DNA of 47,790 nucleotides, from NCBI GenBank assembly GCA_016177465.1, contig JACOVF010000150.1, positions 1 through 47,790 of the forward strand, given 5' to 3'. Under the pieces are notes generated by a model. That model saw nothing but the letters and a program-made list of their open reading frames with translations. It made no database searches and was not told the origin of the DNA. Made by a program: the position numbers and the translations under genes. The DNA comes from Gemmatimonadota bacterium. Lineage in GTDB: Bacteria; Gemmatimonadota; Gemmatimonadetes; Gemmatimonadales; GWC2-71-9. Below, in pieces: positions 1-9,575 of the stretch; position 1 is the stretch's first letter; each line of letters opens with the position of its first letter.

Positions 1-48
1 GCGTTGGAGCGCGTGTACGGCGCCTATCGCGAGCCGGTGTTCTTCTAG
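1..48 (+). CDS. 3' end of an upstream CDS (partial, product unknown)
   Basis: Frame 1 reads ALERVYGAYREPVFF, then TAG at 46-48. Too short to identify. Confidence 0.25.
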   Translation, partial: ALERVYGAYREPVFF

Positions 49-60
49 ACCAGAGTTCCC

Positions 61-1173
61 ATGGCCCTTCCCATCGTTCCGACCGTTGACGCCGTGCGCG
101 ATGCCGTGCACCGGCTCGCCGCCATCGAGCCCGGCCCCTTCCGCGTGGTATCGTGCTACCTCAAGCTCGAGCCGCGCGACAAGACGCGCGGCAAGTATCT
201 CATCAAGATGAAGAACCGTGTGAAGGAGGCTGTGGCCCAGCTCGCCCGCAAGCCGCTGGAGCGCGCGGAGCGGGAGGCGATCGCAGCCGACCTGGAGCGG
301 GTGCTGCGGTACTTCGAGGAGCCGGGCCGGCTGCCCCCCTCGCGGGGGATCGCGCTGTTCGCCTGCGGCCAGTTGGGCCTGTTCGCGGTGTTCGCGCTGC
401 CGCACGTGCACCGCTCTCGCCTGGCGGTCGAGCCCACGCCGCTGATCCGCGAGCTGGTCGCCCTGGAGCAGGAATTCGGGACTATCCTCGTGGCCGCGTG
501 CGACCGCGCCGGCGCGCGGTTCTTCGAAGTGACGGCGTTCGACGTGACGGAGCTGCCAGGGCTGGCGGCGGTCCAGGCATCGCGCGGCGGGCGGTTCCAC
601 GGGGGGCGCCAGGCGGTGCGCGGCGGCCTGCCGGCCGGCGGCTCGGGCGAGCACAACTACAACATGCGGATTCGGGAGGAGAAGCACCGACACTACGCCC
701 GGGTGGCGGACCAGATCTACCAGGTCCACGCCCAGCGGCCTCTCGCCGGGATCGTGGTTGCCGGGGTGGGGGTCGATGCCGCCGCGCTGGTGCCCCACCT
801 CCACACCACGCTGCACGACCTCCTGCTGGGGGTGGTGAAGCTCAACCCGAAGACCATCAGTCCGGCCGAAGTGCGCGAAGCCACGCTCGCCCTGCGCGAA
901 GAGCGGGAGCGCGCCTGGGAGCTCGCCCACACGGAGGCCGTGAAGGAGAACCTCGGCATGGGGTGGGCGGTGAACGGTGTCGAGCTGACGCTCAAGGCGC
1001 TGCAACGGGGCCAGGTGCGGATCCTGCTCGCCGACGGACACGACGACGACCCCCGCATCGACGACGCGATCGAGGAAGCCCTACGGCAGCGCGCCCAGGT
1101 GGACGTCGTCCACGACTCGAAGGCTCGTCGCGCGGTGAATGGCCTCGCCGCGCTGCTGCGGTTCCGCCGCTGA
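61..1173 (+). CDS. eRF1/Pelota-like (bacterial aeRF1-type) protein
   Basis: 370-aa ORF. The C-terminal block [25 protein letters not shown] resembles eRF1/Pelota domain 3. A Gly-rich loop [16 protein letters not shown] lies mid-protein. The stop overlaps the next start (ATGA). Family call is by motif recognition only. Confidence 0.6.
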   Translation: MALPIVPTVDAVRDAVHRLAAIEPGPFRVVSCYLKLEPRDKTRGKYLIKMKNRVKEAVAQLARKPLERAEREAIAADLERVLRYFEEPGRLPPSRGIALFACGQLGLFAVFALPHVHRSRLAVEPTPLIRELVALEQEFGTILVAACDRAGARFFEVTAFDVTELPGLAAVQASRGGRFHGGRQAVRGGLPAGGSGEHNYNMRIREEKHRHYARVADQIYQVHAQRPLAGIVVAGVGVDAAALVPHLHTTLHDLLLGVVKLNPKTISPAEVREATLALREERERAWELAHTEAVKENLGMGWAVNGVELTLKALQRGQVRILLADGHDDDPRIDDAIEEALRQRAQVDVVHDSKARRAVNGLAALLRFRR

Positions 1174-1592
1174 TGGGGGGCCCGTTGAAACGCCCCATCC
1201 GCGTGCTCGTGGCCAAACCGGGGCTCGACGGACACGACCGCGGCGCCAAGGTCGTGGCTGCGGCGCTGCGGGATGCCGGCATGGAGGTCATCTACACCGG
1301 GCTGCACCAGACCCCGGAGATGATCGCGCAGGCAGCCATCCAAGAGGACGTCGATGTCGTGGGCCTCTCCATTCTCTCCGGCGCCCACCTCACGCTCTTC
1401 CCGCGCGTGAAGAAGCTGCTGGACGAGGCCGGCCGGAGCGACATCCTCGTCACGGGCGGCGGGATCATCCCCCCGGAGGACATCGAAGCCCTCGAGCGGC
1501 AGGGCATCGGGAAGCTGTTCGGGCCCGGCACGCCCACCGCCGATCTCATCCGCTACATCGAAGAGTGGGCGGCCGAGCACGTCGAGGCCTGA
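1173..1592 (+). CDS. cobalamin (B12)-binding domain protein, methylmalonyl-CoA mutase C-terminal-domain type
   Basis: ATG at 1173 overlaps the previous stop. Contains the DGHDRG (DxHxxG) B12 motif plus VVGLSILSG and [10 protein letters not shown] of the B12-binding Rossmann fold. The upstream part of track ORF 153-1592 is an off-frame shadow of 61-1173. Confidence 0.85.
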   Translation: MGGPLKRPIRVLVAKPGLDGHDRGAKVVAAALRDAGMEVIYTGLHQTPEMIAQAAIQEDVDVVGLSILSGAHLTLFPRVKKLLDEAGRSDILVTGGGIIPPEDIEALERQGIGKLFGPGTPTADLIRYIEEWAAEHVEA

Positions 1593-1599
1593 GGCGACC

Positions 1600-3168
1600 G
1601 TGAGCCGTCTCAAGACCCTCACCGCGGAGTACCGCGAGCTGAAGGCGCGCCTCGAGCAGGGCGGCGGGCCGGAGCGCAGCAAACGGCAGCGCGAGCAAGG
1701 CAAGCTCACAGCCCGCGAGCGCGTCGCGAGGCTGCTTGACCCTCGCGGCCCCTGGCTCGAGATCGGTCTGCTCGTCGCGTACGACCAGTACGACGCGCAG
1801 GCCCCCGCGGCGGGCGTGGTCACCGGCGTGGGCGAGATCGGCGGCCGGCCGGTGGTGATCGTCGCCAACGACGCGACCGTGAAGGCGGGCTCCTGGTGGC
1901 CCGAGACGATCCGGAAGATCTTGCGCGCCCAGGAGATCGCGATGCGCCAGCGTATCCCGATCGTCTACTTGGTGGACTCGGCGGGCGTGAACCTGCCGTA
2001 CCAGGGCGGCGTGTTCCCGGGCCAGTACGGTGCCGCCCGGATCTTCTATTACAACGCAATCATGCGGCACTACCTGCGCGTCCCGCAGATCGCCGCGGTG
2101 ATGGGGCCGTGCATCGCGGGTGGCGCATACCTGCCGGCGCTGTCCGACGTCATCTTCATGGTCGAGGGGACGTCATTCATGGGGCTGGGCGGTCCGAACC
2201 TCGTCAAGGGCGCCACCGGCCAGGTCGTCGACGGGGAATCACTCGGCGGCGCGAAGACGCACACCGCGATCAGCGCCGTGGCCCACTACCGCGCCAAGGA
2301 CGACGCGGAGTGCCTCCTGAAGATCCGCGAATACATCGCGCGCCTGCCGTATGTCCCGCATCCCCCCGGCCCCGAGCGTAAGCCGAAGCGTGACCCCAAG
2401 CAGCTGTACGACCTGCTCCCCGCCGACCACCGCATGAGCTACGACGTGCGCGCCGTGCTCGAGTGCATCCTCGACGAGGGAAAGCTGGGTGAGTTCCAGC
2501 CCGAGGTCGCGCCGGAGATGATCTGCGCCCACGGCGCCATCGAGGGACGGCCGATCGCGGTGATCGCCAACTCGCGCGGCGTCATCAAGGGGAAACTAGG
2601 CCAGGCGCCGAAGATCGGCGGCATCATCTACACGGAGAGCGCCGAGAAGGTCGCGTACTTCATCGAGAACGCCGACCGCGAGCGGCTCCCGTTGCTATTC
2701 GTGCAGGACGTGTCCGGGTTCATGGTCGGCACCGAGGCGGAGCACTCAGGGATCATCCGGGCGGGCGCGCGGTTCGTCGAAGCGATGGCCACCGCCACGG
2801 TCCCGAAGCTCGTGCTCACCGTCAACCACGCCTCGGGGGCCGGCTACTACGCGATGGCGGGCCAGGGCTTCGATCCCGACTTCATCGTCTCCTGGCCGAC
2901 GGGGCGCATGGGCGTGATGGAAGGGGAGTCCGCCATCCAGGCGGTGTTCGGCAACGGCGCTGCCGACCCGAAGAACGCGCCCGCCGTGGACACGATGCGC
3001 GCCGATTACGAGCATCAGCTCGACGCCAAGTTCGCCGGCGCGCGGGGCTTCGTCGACGCCATCATCACACCGGAAGAAACCCGCGACGCCCTCGCGTTCC
3101 TGCTGGAAGTCACCACCGAATTCACCGGTCCCCACCTCGGGGGCTTCGTCCTGCCGAGTCACACATGA
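1600..3168 (+). CDS. acyl-CoA carboxylase carboxyltransferase (beta) subunit, MccB/AtuC/PccB-like
   Basis: 522 aa. VANDATVKAGSWWP and MGPCIAGGAYLPALSD are typical of the carboxyl transferase family. GTG start is preceded by GAGG. Confidence 0.9.
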   Translation: MSRLKTLTAEYRELKARLEQGGGPERSKRQREQGKLTARERVARLLDPRGPWLEIGLLVAYDQYDAQAPAAGVVTGVGEIGGRPVVIVANDATVKAGSWWPETIRKILRAQEIAMRQRIPIVYLVDSAGVNLPYQGGVFPGQYGAARIFYYNAIMRHYLRVPQIAAVMGPCIAGGAYLPALSDVIFMVEGTSFMGLGGPNLVKGATGQVVDGESLGGAKTHTAISAVAHYRAKDDAECLLKIREYIARLPYVPHPPGPERKPKRDPKQLYDLLPADHRMSYDVRAVLECILDEGKLGEFQPEVAPEMICAHGAIEGRPIAVIANSRGVIKGKLGQAPKIGGIIYTESAEKVAYFIENADRERLPLLFVQDVSGFMVGTEAEHSGIIRAGARFVEAMATATVPKLVLTVNHASGAGYYAMAGQGFDPDFIVSWPTGRMGVMEGESAIQAVFGNGAADPKNAPAVDTMRADYEHQLDAKFAGARGFVDAIITPEETRDALAFLLEVTTEFTGPHLGGFVLPSHT

Positions 3169-5978
3169 TGCTGCGCCGTCTTCGCCTGCTGCCCGCCGTC
3201 GTCCTGCTCGCCGCCTGCGCGGGGGGTGCCCGCCCCGAGCTGCCCGCGCCCCGGCCGGCGGGCGCGGCGCCGGCGTCGCCGCCCCCGATCCCCGCCGATG
3301 CCTCCGCGACGGCCCCGAATGAACCAGCGGTCCTGCCACAGGTCGCGCTGCTGTCGGGGCTGATGCCGCTCCGCAGCACCGGCGTCCCTGAGTTTGTCGT
3401 GGCGCACCCGACCTACGACGGCCGCGGCGCGCTGATCGCGATCCTCGACAGCGGCATCGACGCCGGAGCGTACGGCCTGATCACGACCAGCGCCGGCGCG
3501 ACGAAGATCCTCGACCTGCGGGACTTCTCCCAGGAGGGTCGGATCGCGCTCACGCCGGTTACCCCGGCCGGCGACGGCACCGTCGCGGTCGGGGGTAGGA
3601 AGCTCCGGGGCACGGGACGCATCGGGCGGCTCACGGGCGGCGACGCCTGGTATGCCGGGGTGTTCCGCGAGCTGCCGCTCGGCAAGCTCCCCGCGGCCGA
3701 CGTGAACGGCAATGGCACCAACACCGACGAGTTCCCGGTGATCGTCGTCCGGGCGACGGACGGCTGGGTGGCGTTCATCGACTCGAACCGCGATGGCTCG
3801 TTCGAAGACGAAATGCCCCTCCACGACTACCGCGAGGGACGGGAGACAGTCGCGCTTGGCACCCGGCCGATCACGCTCGCGGCCAACTTCTCGGACGCGG
3901 GCGGGGCGCCGGTGCTCGACCTGTACTTCGACAATTCGGGACACGGCACCCACGTGGCCGGCATCGCCGCGGGACACAACCTCTTCAACGTTGCCGGCTT
4001 CCACGGTGTAGCCCCGGGCGCGCAGCTCATCGGGCTGAAGATCGCCAACAACGCCCGCGGCGGCGTCACCGTGAACGGCAGCATGCTCCGGGCGATGGAG
4101 TACGCCGTCCGCTTCGCGGCCCGGCGCAACCTCCCCCTCGTGATCAACATGAGCTTCGGCGTGGGGAACGAGTTCCCGGGACGGGCGGTGATCGATTCAG
4201 TCGTGAACGCCTTTCTGGCCGCGCACCCAACCGTGGTGCTCACCGTCAGCGCCGGGAACGACGGCCCTGGCGTGTCCACGATGAACTTCCCCGGATCCGC
4301 CGACCTCGCCTTGTCGGTCGGCGCGGTATTCCCCGGCGCGTTCGCGCGGCCCGCTCAGCCCGGTGTGCCCGCGGCGGATGACGTCCCCGGGTGGTGGAGT
4401 TCCCGCGGCGGCCAGACCGCCAAGCCCGACATCCTCGCGCCGGGCGTCGCCTACTCGGCGGTGCCGCCCTGGGGCCGCGGCAACGAGATCAAGGCGGGCA
4501 CGAGCATGTCGGCGCCCTACACCGCGGGACTCGTCGCCTGCCTGGTCTCCGCGATGACGCAGGAGGGCCGTCGGGTCGGGGCCGCGGAGGTGATGCAGGC
4601 GCTGCGGGTCTCCGCCACGCCGTTCCCGGGCGTCACCGTGCTCGACCAAGGCGCGGGGGTGCCGCAGATCGACGCCGCGTATCGCTGGCTGGTGGCCGGG
4701 CATCAGGGCTCGAGTTACCTCGTGCGGACCGCCGGTGGAACTCCGGCGGCCTTCCGGTGGAGCGGGTTCACCGGGCCGGGGGACACGCTCGAGCTGTTCC
4801 GGGTGCGCCATGCGGCGGGACTGCGAGCGGCACAGTTCCAGCTGCGGTCGGACGTGCCGTGGCTGTCCACGCCGGGGGTCGTGACCGCCGCGCCCGGCGC
4901 GACGGAGATCCCGGTCGGCTATCGCACCGCGAGCCTCACCGCGCCGGGTGTGTACGTGGGGCGTGTCATCGCGCGCAACCCGAGCGACACACTCGCCGGT
5001 CCGCTGTTCACGCTCGTGACTACCATCGTCGTGCCGCACGACCTCACCGCGAAGCCGCTCGTCGACGAGCGACGGGCAATCCCCCCGGCGGCAGTGCAGC
5101 GCTATTTCCTCCGTGTAAACCTGCCGGGCGCGACGCTGCGGGCGACCGTGGTGCTCCCCGACTCGGGGCGCCAGACGGCCACTGTCCGGCTGTTCGAGCC
5201 TTCCGGCCGGCCGTTCCGGGACGCGAACGAGGATCTGCCGGTCGGCCGGGAGGACGGCGGCACCGCCAGCATCCTGGTCCGCGCCGAGGACTTCGTGCCG
5301 GGCGTCTATGAGCTGGACGTGATCGCGCCGCCGCTCAGAGGCGTCACGGCCACGGTCCGCGCGGAAGCGGTCTCACTGGCCCTCGGCCAGACCGGCTCGG
5401 AGGTCGAGATCTCCAATCCGGGACCCACGAGCGCGACGGTGCGCGTGGTCGAGGCGCTGATCGGCGCGGAGCGGGAATTCGAGGTCGTCGGACGGGGACT
5501 GTCCGCCGAGAGCCTCACCGTGCGGGTCCCCGACTGGGCGGCGTGGGCGGAAGTGGACGTGCGGCTGCCGCGGGAGCAATGGAACGAGTTCACCGACTTC
5601 GCGGTCACGCTGTTCGACTCCACCGGCCGGCAGGCGCACGGCAGCCCGATCAACTACGCGCTTGCGCGCCAGCGGTTCGCGGTCCCGGCGGGGATGGCGG
5701 GGCGGCCGCTGGTGCTCGAGCTGTTCCCGGCCTACGCCCTGCCGGAAACGGCCCACGGCTGGCAGGCGACGGTCCGGGTGCGGTTTCTGCTCGAGGAGCC
5801 GATGGCGGCCGGCCAGCCAAGCGAACTGAGCGTGGTCTCCGGAGGCCGGATGACGGCGCCGCGCTCGGCCGGGACGACACCCGCGCTGCCGGAGGGGTTC
5901 TTCCCGTTGTACGAGGTCGTGGTGCGGCCCGCCTCCGGCCCGGCCGCAGTGCGGCGGGTGAGCGCGACGGCCCCGTGA
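3165..5978 (+). CDS. S8 family subtilisin-like serine peptidase, predicted lipoprotein
   Basis: Catalytic triad motifs [19 protein letters not shown] and [12 protein letters not shown]-terminal signal with lipobox LLAAC. 4-nt overlaps with both neighbouring genes. Confidence 0.9.
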   Translation: MMLRRLRLLPAVVLLAACAGGARPELPAPRPAGAAPASPPPIPADASATAPNEPAVLPQVALLSGLMPLRSTGVPEFVVAHPTYDGRGALIAILDSGIDAGAYGLITTSAGATKILDLRDFSQEGRIALTPVTPAGDGTVAVGGRKLRGTGRIGRLTGGDAWYAGVFRELPLGKLPAADVNGNGTNTDEFPVIVVRATDGWVAFIDSNRDGSFEDEMPLHDYREGRETVALGTRPITLAANFSDAGGAPVLDLYFDNSGHGTHVAGIAAGHNLFNVAGFHGVAPGAQLIGLKIANNARGGVTVNGSMLRAMEYAVRFAARRNLPLVINMSFGVGNEFPGRAVIDSVVNAFLAAHPTVVLTVSAGNDGPGVSTMNFPGSADLALSVGAVFPGAFARPAQPGVPAADDVPGWWSSRGGQTAKPDILAPGVAYSAVPPWGRGNEIKAGTSMSAPYTAGLVACLVSAMTQEGRRVGAAEVMQALRVSATPFPGVTVLDQGAGVPQIDAAYRWLVAGHQGSSYLVRTAGGTPAAFRWSGFTGPGDTLELFRVRHAAGLRAAQFQLRSDVPWLSTPGVVTAAPGATEIPVGYRTASLTAPGVYVGRVIARNPSDTLAGPLFTLVTTIVVPHDLTAKPLVDERRAIPPAAVQRYFLRVNLPGATLRATVVLPDSGRQTATVRLFEPSGRPFRDANEDLPVGREDGGTASILVRAEDFVPGVYELDVIAPPLRGVTATVRAEAVSLALGQTGSEVEISNPGPTSATVRVVEALIGAEREFEVVGRGLSAESLTVRVPDWAAWAEVDVRLPREQWNEFTDFAVTLFDSTGRQAHGSPINYALARQRFAVPAGMAGRPLVLELFPAYALPETAHGWQATVRVRFLLEEPMAAGQPSELSVVSGGRMTAPRSAGTTPALPEGFFPLYEVVVRPASGPAAVRRVSATAP

Positions 5979-7345
5979 GCCGGCCGATCCGCATCGCCGC
6001 CGGCCAGGGCTTCTGGGGCGACTGGCTCGAGGCGCCCCACCGCCAGGTCACGGGCGGCCCGATCGATTACCTCATGATGGACTACCTCGCCGAGGTCACG
6101 ATGTCCATCATGCAGAAACAGAAGTCGCGTGACCCTTCGCTCGGCTATGCCAAGGACTTCGTGCCGCTGATGGAGCGGATTCTGCCGGTCCTCGCCGAGC
6201 GGCGGATCAAGGTGACGGCCAACGCAGGCGGGGTAAATCCGCGGGCGTGCGCCCAGGCGATTGCCGAATCGGCCCGTCGGCTGGGACTTGCGGGGAAGCT
6301 CACGATCGGGGTCGTGACGGGGGACGATCTCCTGCCGCGGCTCGACGACCTGCTCGTGCGGGGACATGAACTGAGGAACCTCGACACCGGCCGGCCCTTG
6401 CGCGATGTGCGCGACCGCGTGCAAGCGGCGAATGCCTACCTCGGCGCCGCGCCGGTGGTGGAGGCGTTGCGGCGCGGGGCGGACATCGTGATCACAGGGC
6501 GAGTGACCGACACCGGTCTTACCCTTGGGCCCATGATCCACGCCTTCGGCTGGCCAGCGGACGCCTGGGATCTGCTCGCGGCGGGCACGGTGGCGGGGCA
6601 CATCATCGAGTGCGGCGCCCAGTGCAGCGGTGGAAACTGTCTCGTGGGTTGGCAGCGGGTTCCCGACCTCGCAAACGTCGGATACCCGATCGTCGAAGCG
6701 CATGGCGACGGATCGTTCGACATCGTGAAGCACCCCCGGACGGGCGGCCGGATCAGCGTCGCCGGCGTCACCGAGCAGCTGGTGTACGAGATGGGGAATC
6801 CCGCCGAGTATATCACGCCCGATTGCGTCGCCGACTTCACGACGATCCAGCTCAGACCGGCGGGGAAAGACAGGGTTCGGGTGTCAGGGGTCAGGGGTCG
6901 GCCTGCGCCGGACAACTTGAAGATCTCGCTCGCTTACTCCTACGGCTATAAGGCGGTGGGTACCCTCGTTTACGCCTGGCCCGAAGCGCTGAAGAAGGCC
7001 AGGGCGGCCGACCGGATCCTGCGGCAGCGGCTCGCGGATCTGGGGCTCCAGTTCGAGGCGATCTTGACCGAATTCGTGGGCGTGAACGCGACGCATGGTC
7101 CCCTCGCACGGAGCGTGGACGAAGCGAATATCCCCGAGGTGCAACTCCGCATCGGGGTCCGGGCGCGGGACCGGGCGCCGGTCGAGCGGTTTACGCGCGA
7201 GATCGCGCCGCTCATTTTGAACGGGCCCCCCAGCGTGACGGGGTTCGCCGGGGGCCGGCCGAAGCCCGAAGAGATCGTGGCCTACTGGCCGGCGCTGATC
7301 GACAAGCGGGAGGTGGAGCCGTGCGTCGAGCGCGTCGACGTGTGA
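5975..7345 (+). CDS. AtuA-like acyclic terpene utilisation protein (DUF1446)
   Basis: GTG at 5975 overlaps the S8 stop (GTGA). The N-terminus [15 protein letters not shown] is typical of DUF1446. The upstream 144 codons of track ORF 5543-7345 overlap the S8 gene off-frame. Confidence 0.8.
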   Translation: MSRPIRIAAGQGFWGDWLEAPHRQVTGGPIDYLMMDYLAEVTMSIMQKQKSRDPSLGYAKDFVPLMERILPVLAERRIKVTANAGGVNPRACAQAIAESARRLGLAGKLTIGVVTGDDLLPRLDDLLVRGHELRNLDTGRPLRDVRDRVQAANAYLGAAPVVEALRRGADIVITGRVTDTGLTLGPMIHAFGWPADAWDLLAAGTVAGHIIECGAQCSGGNCLVGWQRVPDLANVGYPIVEAHGDGSFDIVKHPRTGGRISVAGVTEQLVYEMGNPAEYITPDCVADFTTIQLRPAGKDRVRVSGVRGRPAPDNLKISLAYSYGYKAVGTLVYAWPEALKKARAADRILRQRLADLGLQFEAILTEFVGVNATHGPLARSVDEANIPEVQLRIGVRARDRAPVERFTREIAPLILNGPPSVTGFAGGRPKPEEIVAYWPALIDKREVEPCVERVDV

Positions 7346-7677
7346 AGCGGGCGGCGGCCCGCACCGTGTTGCTCGTGGAGCTGGCGCACGCCCGGTCCGG
7401 CGACAAGGGCGACACGGCCAACGTGGGACTGATCGCGCGCAAGCCCGAGTACTACCCGCTGCTCGTGCGTCAGGTGACGGCGGCGCGGGTGGCGCGGCAC
7501 TTCAAGGGGATGATCACGGGGCCGGTACAGCGCTACGAGCTGCCGAACTTGCACGCGCTCAACTTCCTGCTGCACGGCGCGCTGGACGGCGGCGGCACCA
7601 TTTCCCTGAAGACCGACGCCCAGGGCAAGGTGTTCTCGACCGCGCTGTTGCGGATGCCGGTCAGGGTGATGCGATGA
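7321..7677 (+). CDS. small AtuA-associated protein (DUF4387-like)
   Basis: Contains the [20 protein letters not shown] motif. GTG 7321 has GGGAGG about 7 nt upstream. The alternative GTG 7342 would give a GTGA overlap with the AtuA stop. Confidence 0.7.
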   Translation: MRRARRRVKRAAARTVLLVELAHARSGDKGDTANVGLIARKPEYYPLLVRQVTAARVARHFKGMITGPVQRYELPNLHALNFLLHGALDGGGTISLKTDAQGKVFSTALLRMPVRVMR

Positions 7678-8432
7678 GCGATCGGGTGGAGGTCGCGCTC
7701 CAAGGCGGCGTCCTGACGGGAACGCTGAGCCGGCCGGAAAAGAAGAACGCCATCGACACCGCGATGATCAACGGCATCCTGGCGCTGCTCGAGCGCGCTG
7801 ACCTGGATGGCGAGGTGCGGGTGGTAGTCATCCGCGGGGCGGGGTCCGACTTCTGCGCCGGGATGGACCTGAACGAGCTGCTCGCCTCGGCCGACAGGAC
7901 GGTGGAGGAGAACCGGCAGGCGGCGCTCCATTTCGGCAGCATCTTCGTCCGGATGCGGAAGCTGCCCAAGCTCGTGGTCGCGATGGTGCGGGGACGAGCA
8001 CTCGCTGGGGGCTGCGGCCTGGCCACTGGCTGCGACCTGGTGCTGGCGGCGGAGTCGGCGCAGTTCGGCTATCCGGAGGTGCAGCGCGGCTTCGTGCCGG
8101 CGATCGTGATGACTATGCTGAAACGCACGGTGGGGGAGAAGGTGGCGTTCGATCTCGCCACGACGGGCCGGATCCTCACGGCCACGGAAGCGGCCGCTGT
8201 GGGACTCGTGTCGCGGGTCTACGAGGATACGGACTTCGAGGAACTGGCGGGTGACGTTGTGAAGAGGCTGGCCGGCATCAGCGCCAGCTCGCTGGCGTTC
8301 ACCAAACAGCAGTTCTACCAGCTCGACCGGCTGAGCTTCGAGGACGGGATCCGGCTGGGGGCGGACGTCAACGCCGTCAGCCGGACGACCCCGGATTTCC
8401 GGGTCGCCCTGTCCGCGTTCCTGAAGAGATGA
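7674..8432 (+). CDS. enoyl-CoA hydratase/isomerase family protein
   Basis: Crotonase motifs RGAGSDFCAGMDL and ALAGGCGLATGCDL. ATGA overlap with the upstream gene. Confidence 0.9.
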   Translation: MSDRVEVALQGGVLTGTLSRPEKKNAIDTAMINGILALLERADLDGEVRVVVIRGAGSDFCAGMDLNELLASADRTVEENRQAALHFGSIFVRMRKLPKLVVAMVRGRALAGGCGLATGCDLVLAAESAQFGYPEVQRGFVPAIVMTMLKRTVGEKVAFDLATTGRILTATEAAAVGLVSRVYEDTDFEELAGDVVKRLAGISASSLAFTKQQFYQLDRLSFEDGIRLGADVNAVSRTTPDFRVALSAFLKR

Positions 8433-8965
8433 CCACCCCGCGGCGGCCCTCGACTCTTGCCGGCGCCACGGCGCGGAAAGACCACCGCCTGTCGCAGCCG
8501 GACGTGGCGGCGCAGCTCGTCGCGGACATCCTCAAGCAAAAGGTCGAGGAGGTCAAGCAGGACAAGGTCGAGCGGCAGCGGGCCGTGCTCCGCAAGCGGC
8601 GCCGCTCCAAGCTGTGGTATTCCTTAGCGTTGTTGCCGCTGTTCCTGGGGCTCACCATTTGGAACCTGACGCGCGCGAGCACGCAGCCGACCGTCTTCAC
8701 GCCGGAAGAGCTCGACGCCAGCCTGCGGTTCAAGATGTTCCTCGCCGCCCAGGCCGTGCAGGCGTACCGCGATTCCGCCGGTACCTGGCCGTCGAGCCTC
8801 GCCGTCGTGGGAATGGAGGATGCGGCGCTGGTGTATCAGCTGGCCGATACCAGCTACACGATCGCGGACACGAGCGGCGGCGTGCCGCTTGTCTATCATA
8901 GCGGGGAGACGCTGGCGCCGTTCGCGGACGGGTACGCCCTGCTTGCCCGCCGGAGGAGCCACTGA
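8429..8965 (+). CDS. hypothetical single-pass membrane protein
   Basis: 178 aa with a basic N-terminus, then one hydrophobic span LWYSLALLPLFLGLTIW. ATGA overlap upstream. No family recognised. Confidence 0.6.
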   Translation: MTTPRRPSTLAGATARKDHRLSQPDVAAQLVADILKQKVEEVKQDKVERQRAVLRKRRRSKLWYSLALLPLFLGLTIWNLTRASTQPTVFTPEELDASLRFKMFLAAQAVQAYRDSAGTWPSSLAVVGMEDAALVYQLADTSYTIADTSGGVPLVYHSGETLAPFADGYALLARRRSH

Positions 8966-9411
8966 GCCGGCGGGGCTTTTCGCTCGTCGAGTTGATGGTC
9001 GCGTGCACGATCGCGGGCATCCTGATCAACCTCGCCCTGCCTGCCATGGCCACCATGAAGCGCAAGGCCGACGCGGCCCATGTAGTCGCCGACATCAACG
9101 CCATCCGGGTGGCAGGGTTCGATGCCTACGCCGACCTCCAGCTCTGGCCCGCCTCGGCCGCCTGGGGAGCGATCCCCACCGAGATGGTGAATCGCCTCCC
9201 CCAGGGCTTCGAGTTTCGCTACAAGACGGTTGAGTACCGGTGGCAACGCTGGTCGCTGCCCAACGGGATGCCCACCAACCCATCCCAGACCATCCTCGTC
9301 ACCGTGGAGCTCCGCTCAACAGACCAGAGCCTCATGGCGGCCATCAGAGGACTCTACAAGGGCGGCCTGGCCTTCGGGTCGGCGACGACGGCCACCTTCG
9401 TTATCGAATGA
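8962..9411 (+). CDS. type IV pilin / pseudopilin-like protein with prepilin-type N-terminal methylation motif
   Basis: The frame reads L-S-R-R-G|FSLVELMVACTIAGILINLALPAM, a class III signal with G-1, F+1 and E+5. The motif lies upstream of the track start (TTG 8992 / ATG 8995). The only in-frame start after the stop at 8899-8901 is CTG 8962, which overlaps the TGA at 8963-8965. The 3' end is secure; the 5' end is uncertain. Confidence 0.65.
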   Translation: MSRRGFSLVELMVACTIAGILINLALPAMATMKRKADAAHVVADINAIRVAGFDAYADLQLWPASAAWGAIPTEMVNRLPQGFEFRYKTVEYRWQRWSLPNGMPTNPSQTILVTVELRSTDQSLMAAIRGLYKGGLAFGSATTATFVIE

Positions 9412-9575
9412 GCCGCCTCTTCCGAGCCAAGGCCTGGCTCGGTGGCGTCGGGCTGGCCATCGGTCTGGCCGGGATGGCGCTTCGCTTCCGCTGGTTGGTC
9501 GGGATCGCGGCGGGGTTGCTGACGGTGGCGTTCGTCCTGCGCTTCGCGGAACGGAAATCCGAGCATGCATCGTAG
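9408..9575 (+). CDS. small (55 aa) two-TM membrane protein, hypothetical
   Basis: ATG 9408 overlaps the upstream stop (ATGA). MSRLFRAKAWLGGVGLAIGLAGMALRFRWLVGIAAGLLTVAFVLRF forms two hydrophobic spans. Third-position GC is high, as in neighbouring genes. Confidence 0.5.
   Translation: MSRLFRAKAWLGGVGLAIGLAGMALRFRWLVGIAAGLLTVAFVLRFAERKSEHAS

Noticed and set aside
153-1172. Long 5' part of track ORF 153-1592 (479 aa), and antisense ORFs 156-656, 717-1868 and 992-1291.
   Set aside because: The translations are Arg/Pro/Gly/Ala-rich, as is typical of off-frame reading of high-GC genes. They fully overlap the motif-bearing 61-1173 frame. Only the last 139 codons, from ATG 1173, carry a recognisable B12-binding domain.
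3159-6733. Antisense or off-frame ORFs inside the S8 and AtuA genes (3159-4004, 3827-4279, 4197-5039, 4391-5311, 5650-6051, 5732-6733).
   Set aside because: No recognisable motifs and low-complexity Arg/Pro/Gly composition. Each is completely covered by a frame with clear catalytic motifs on the + strand.
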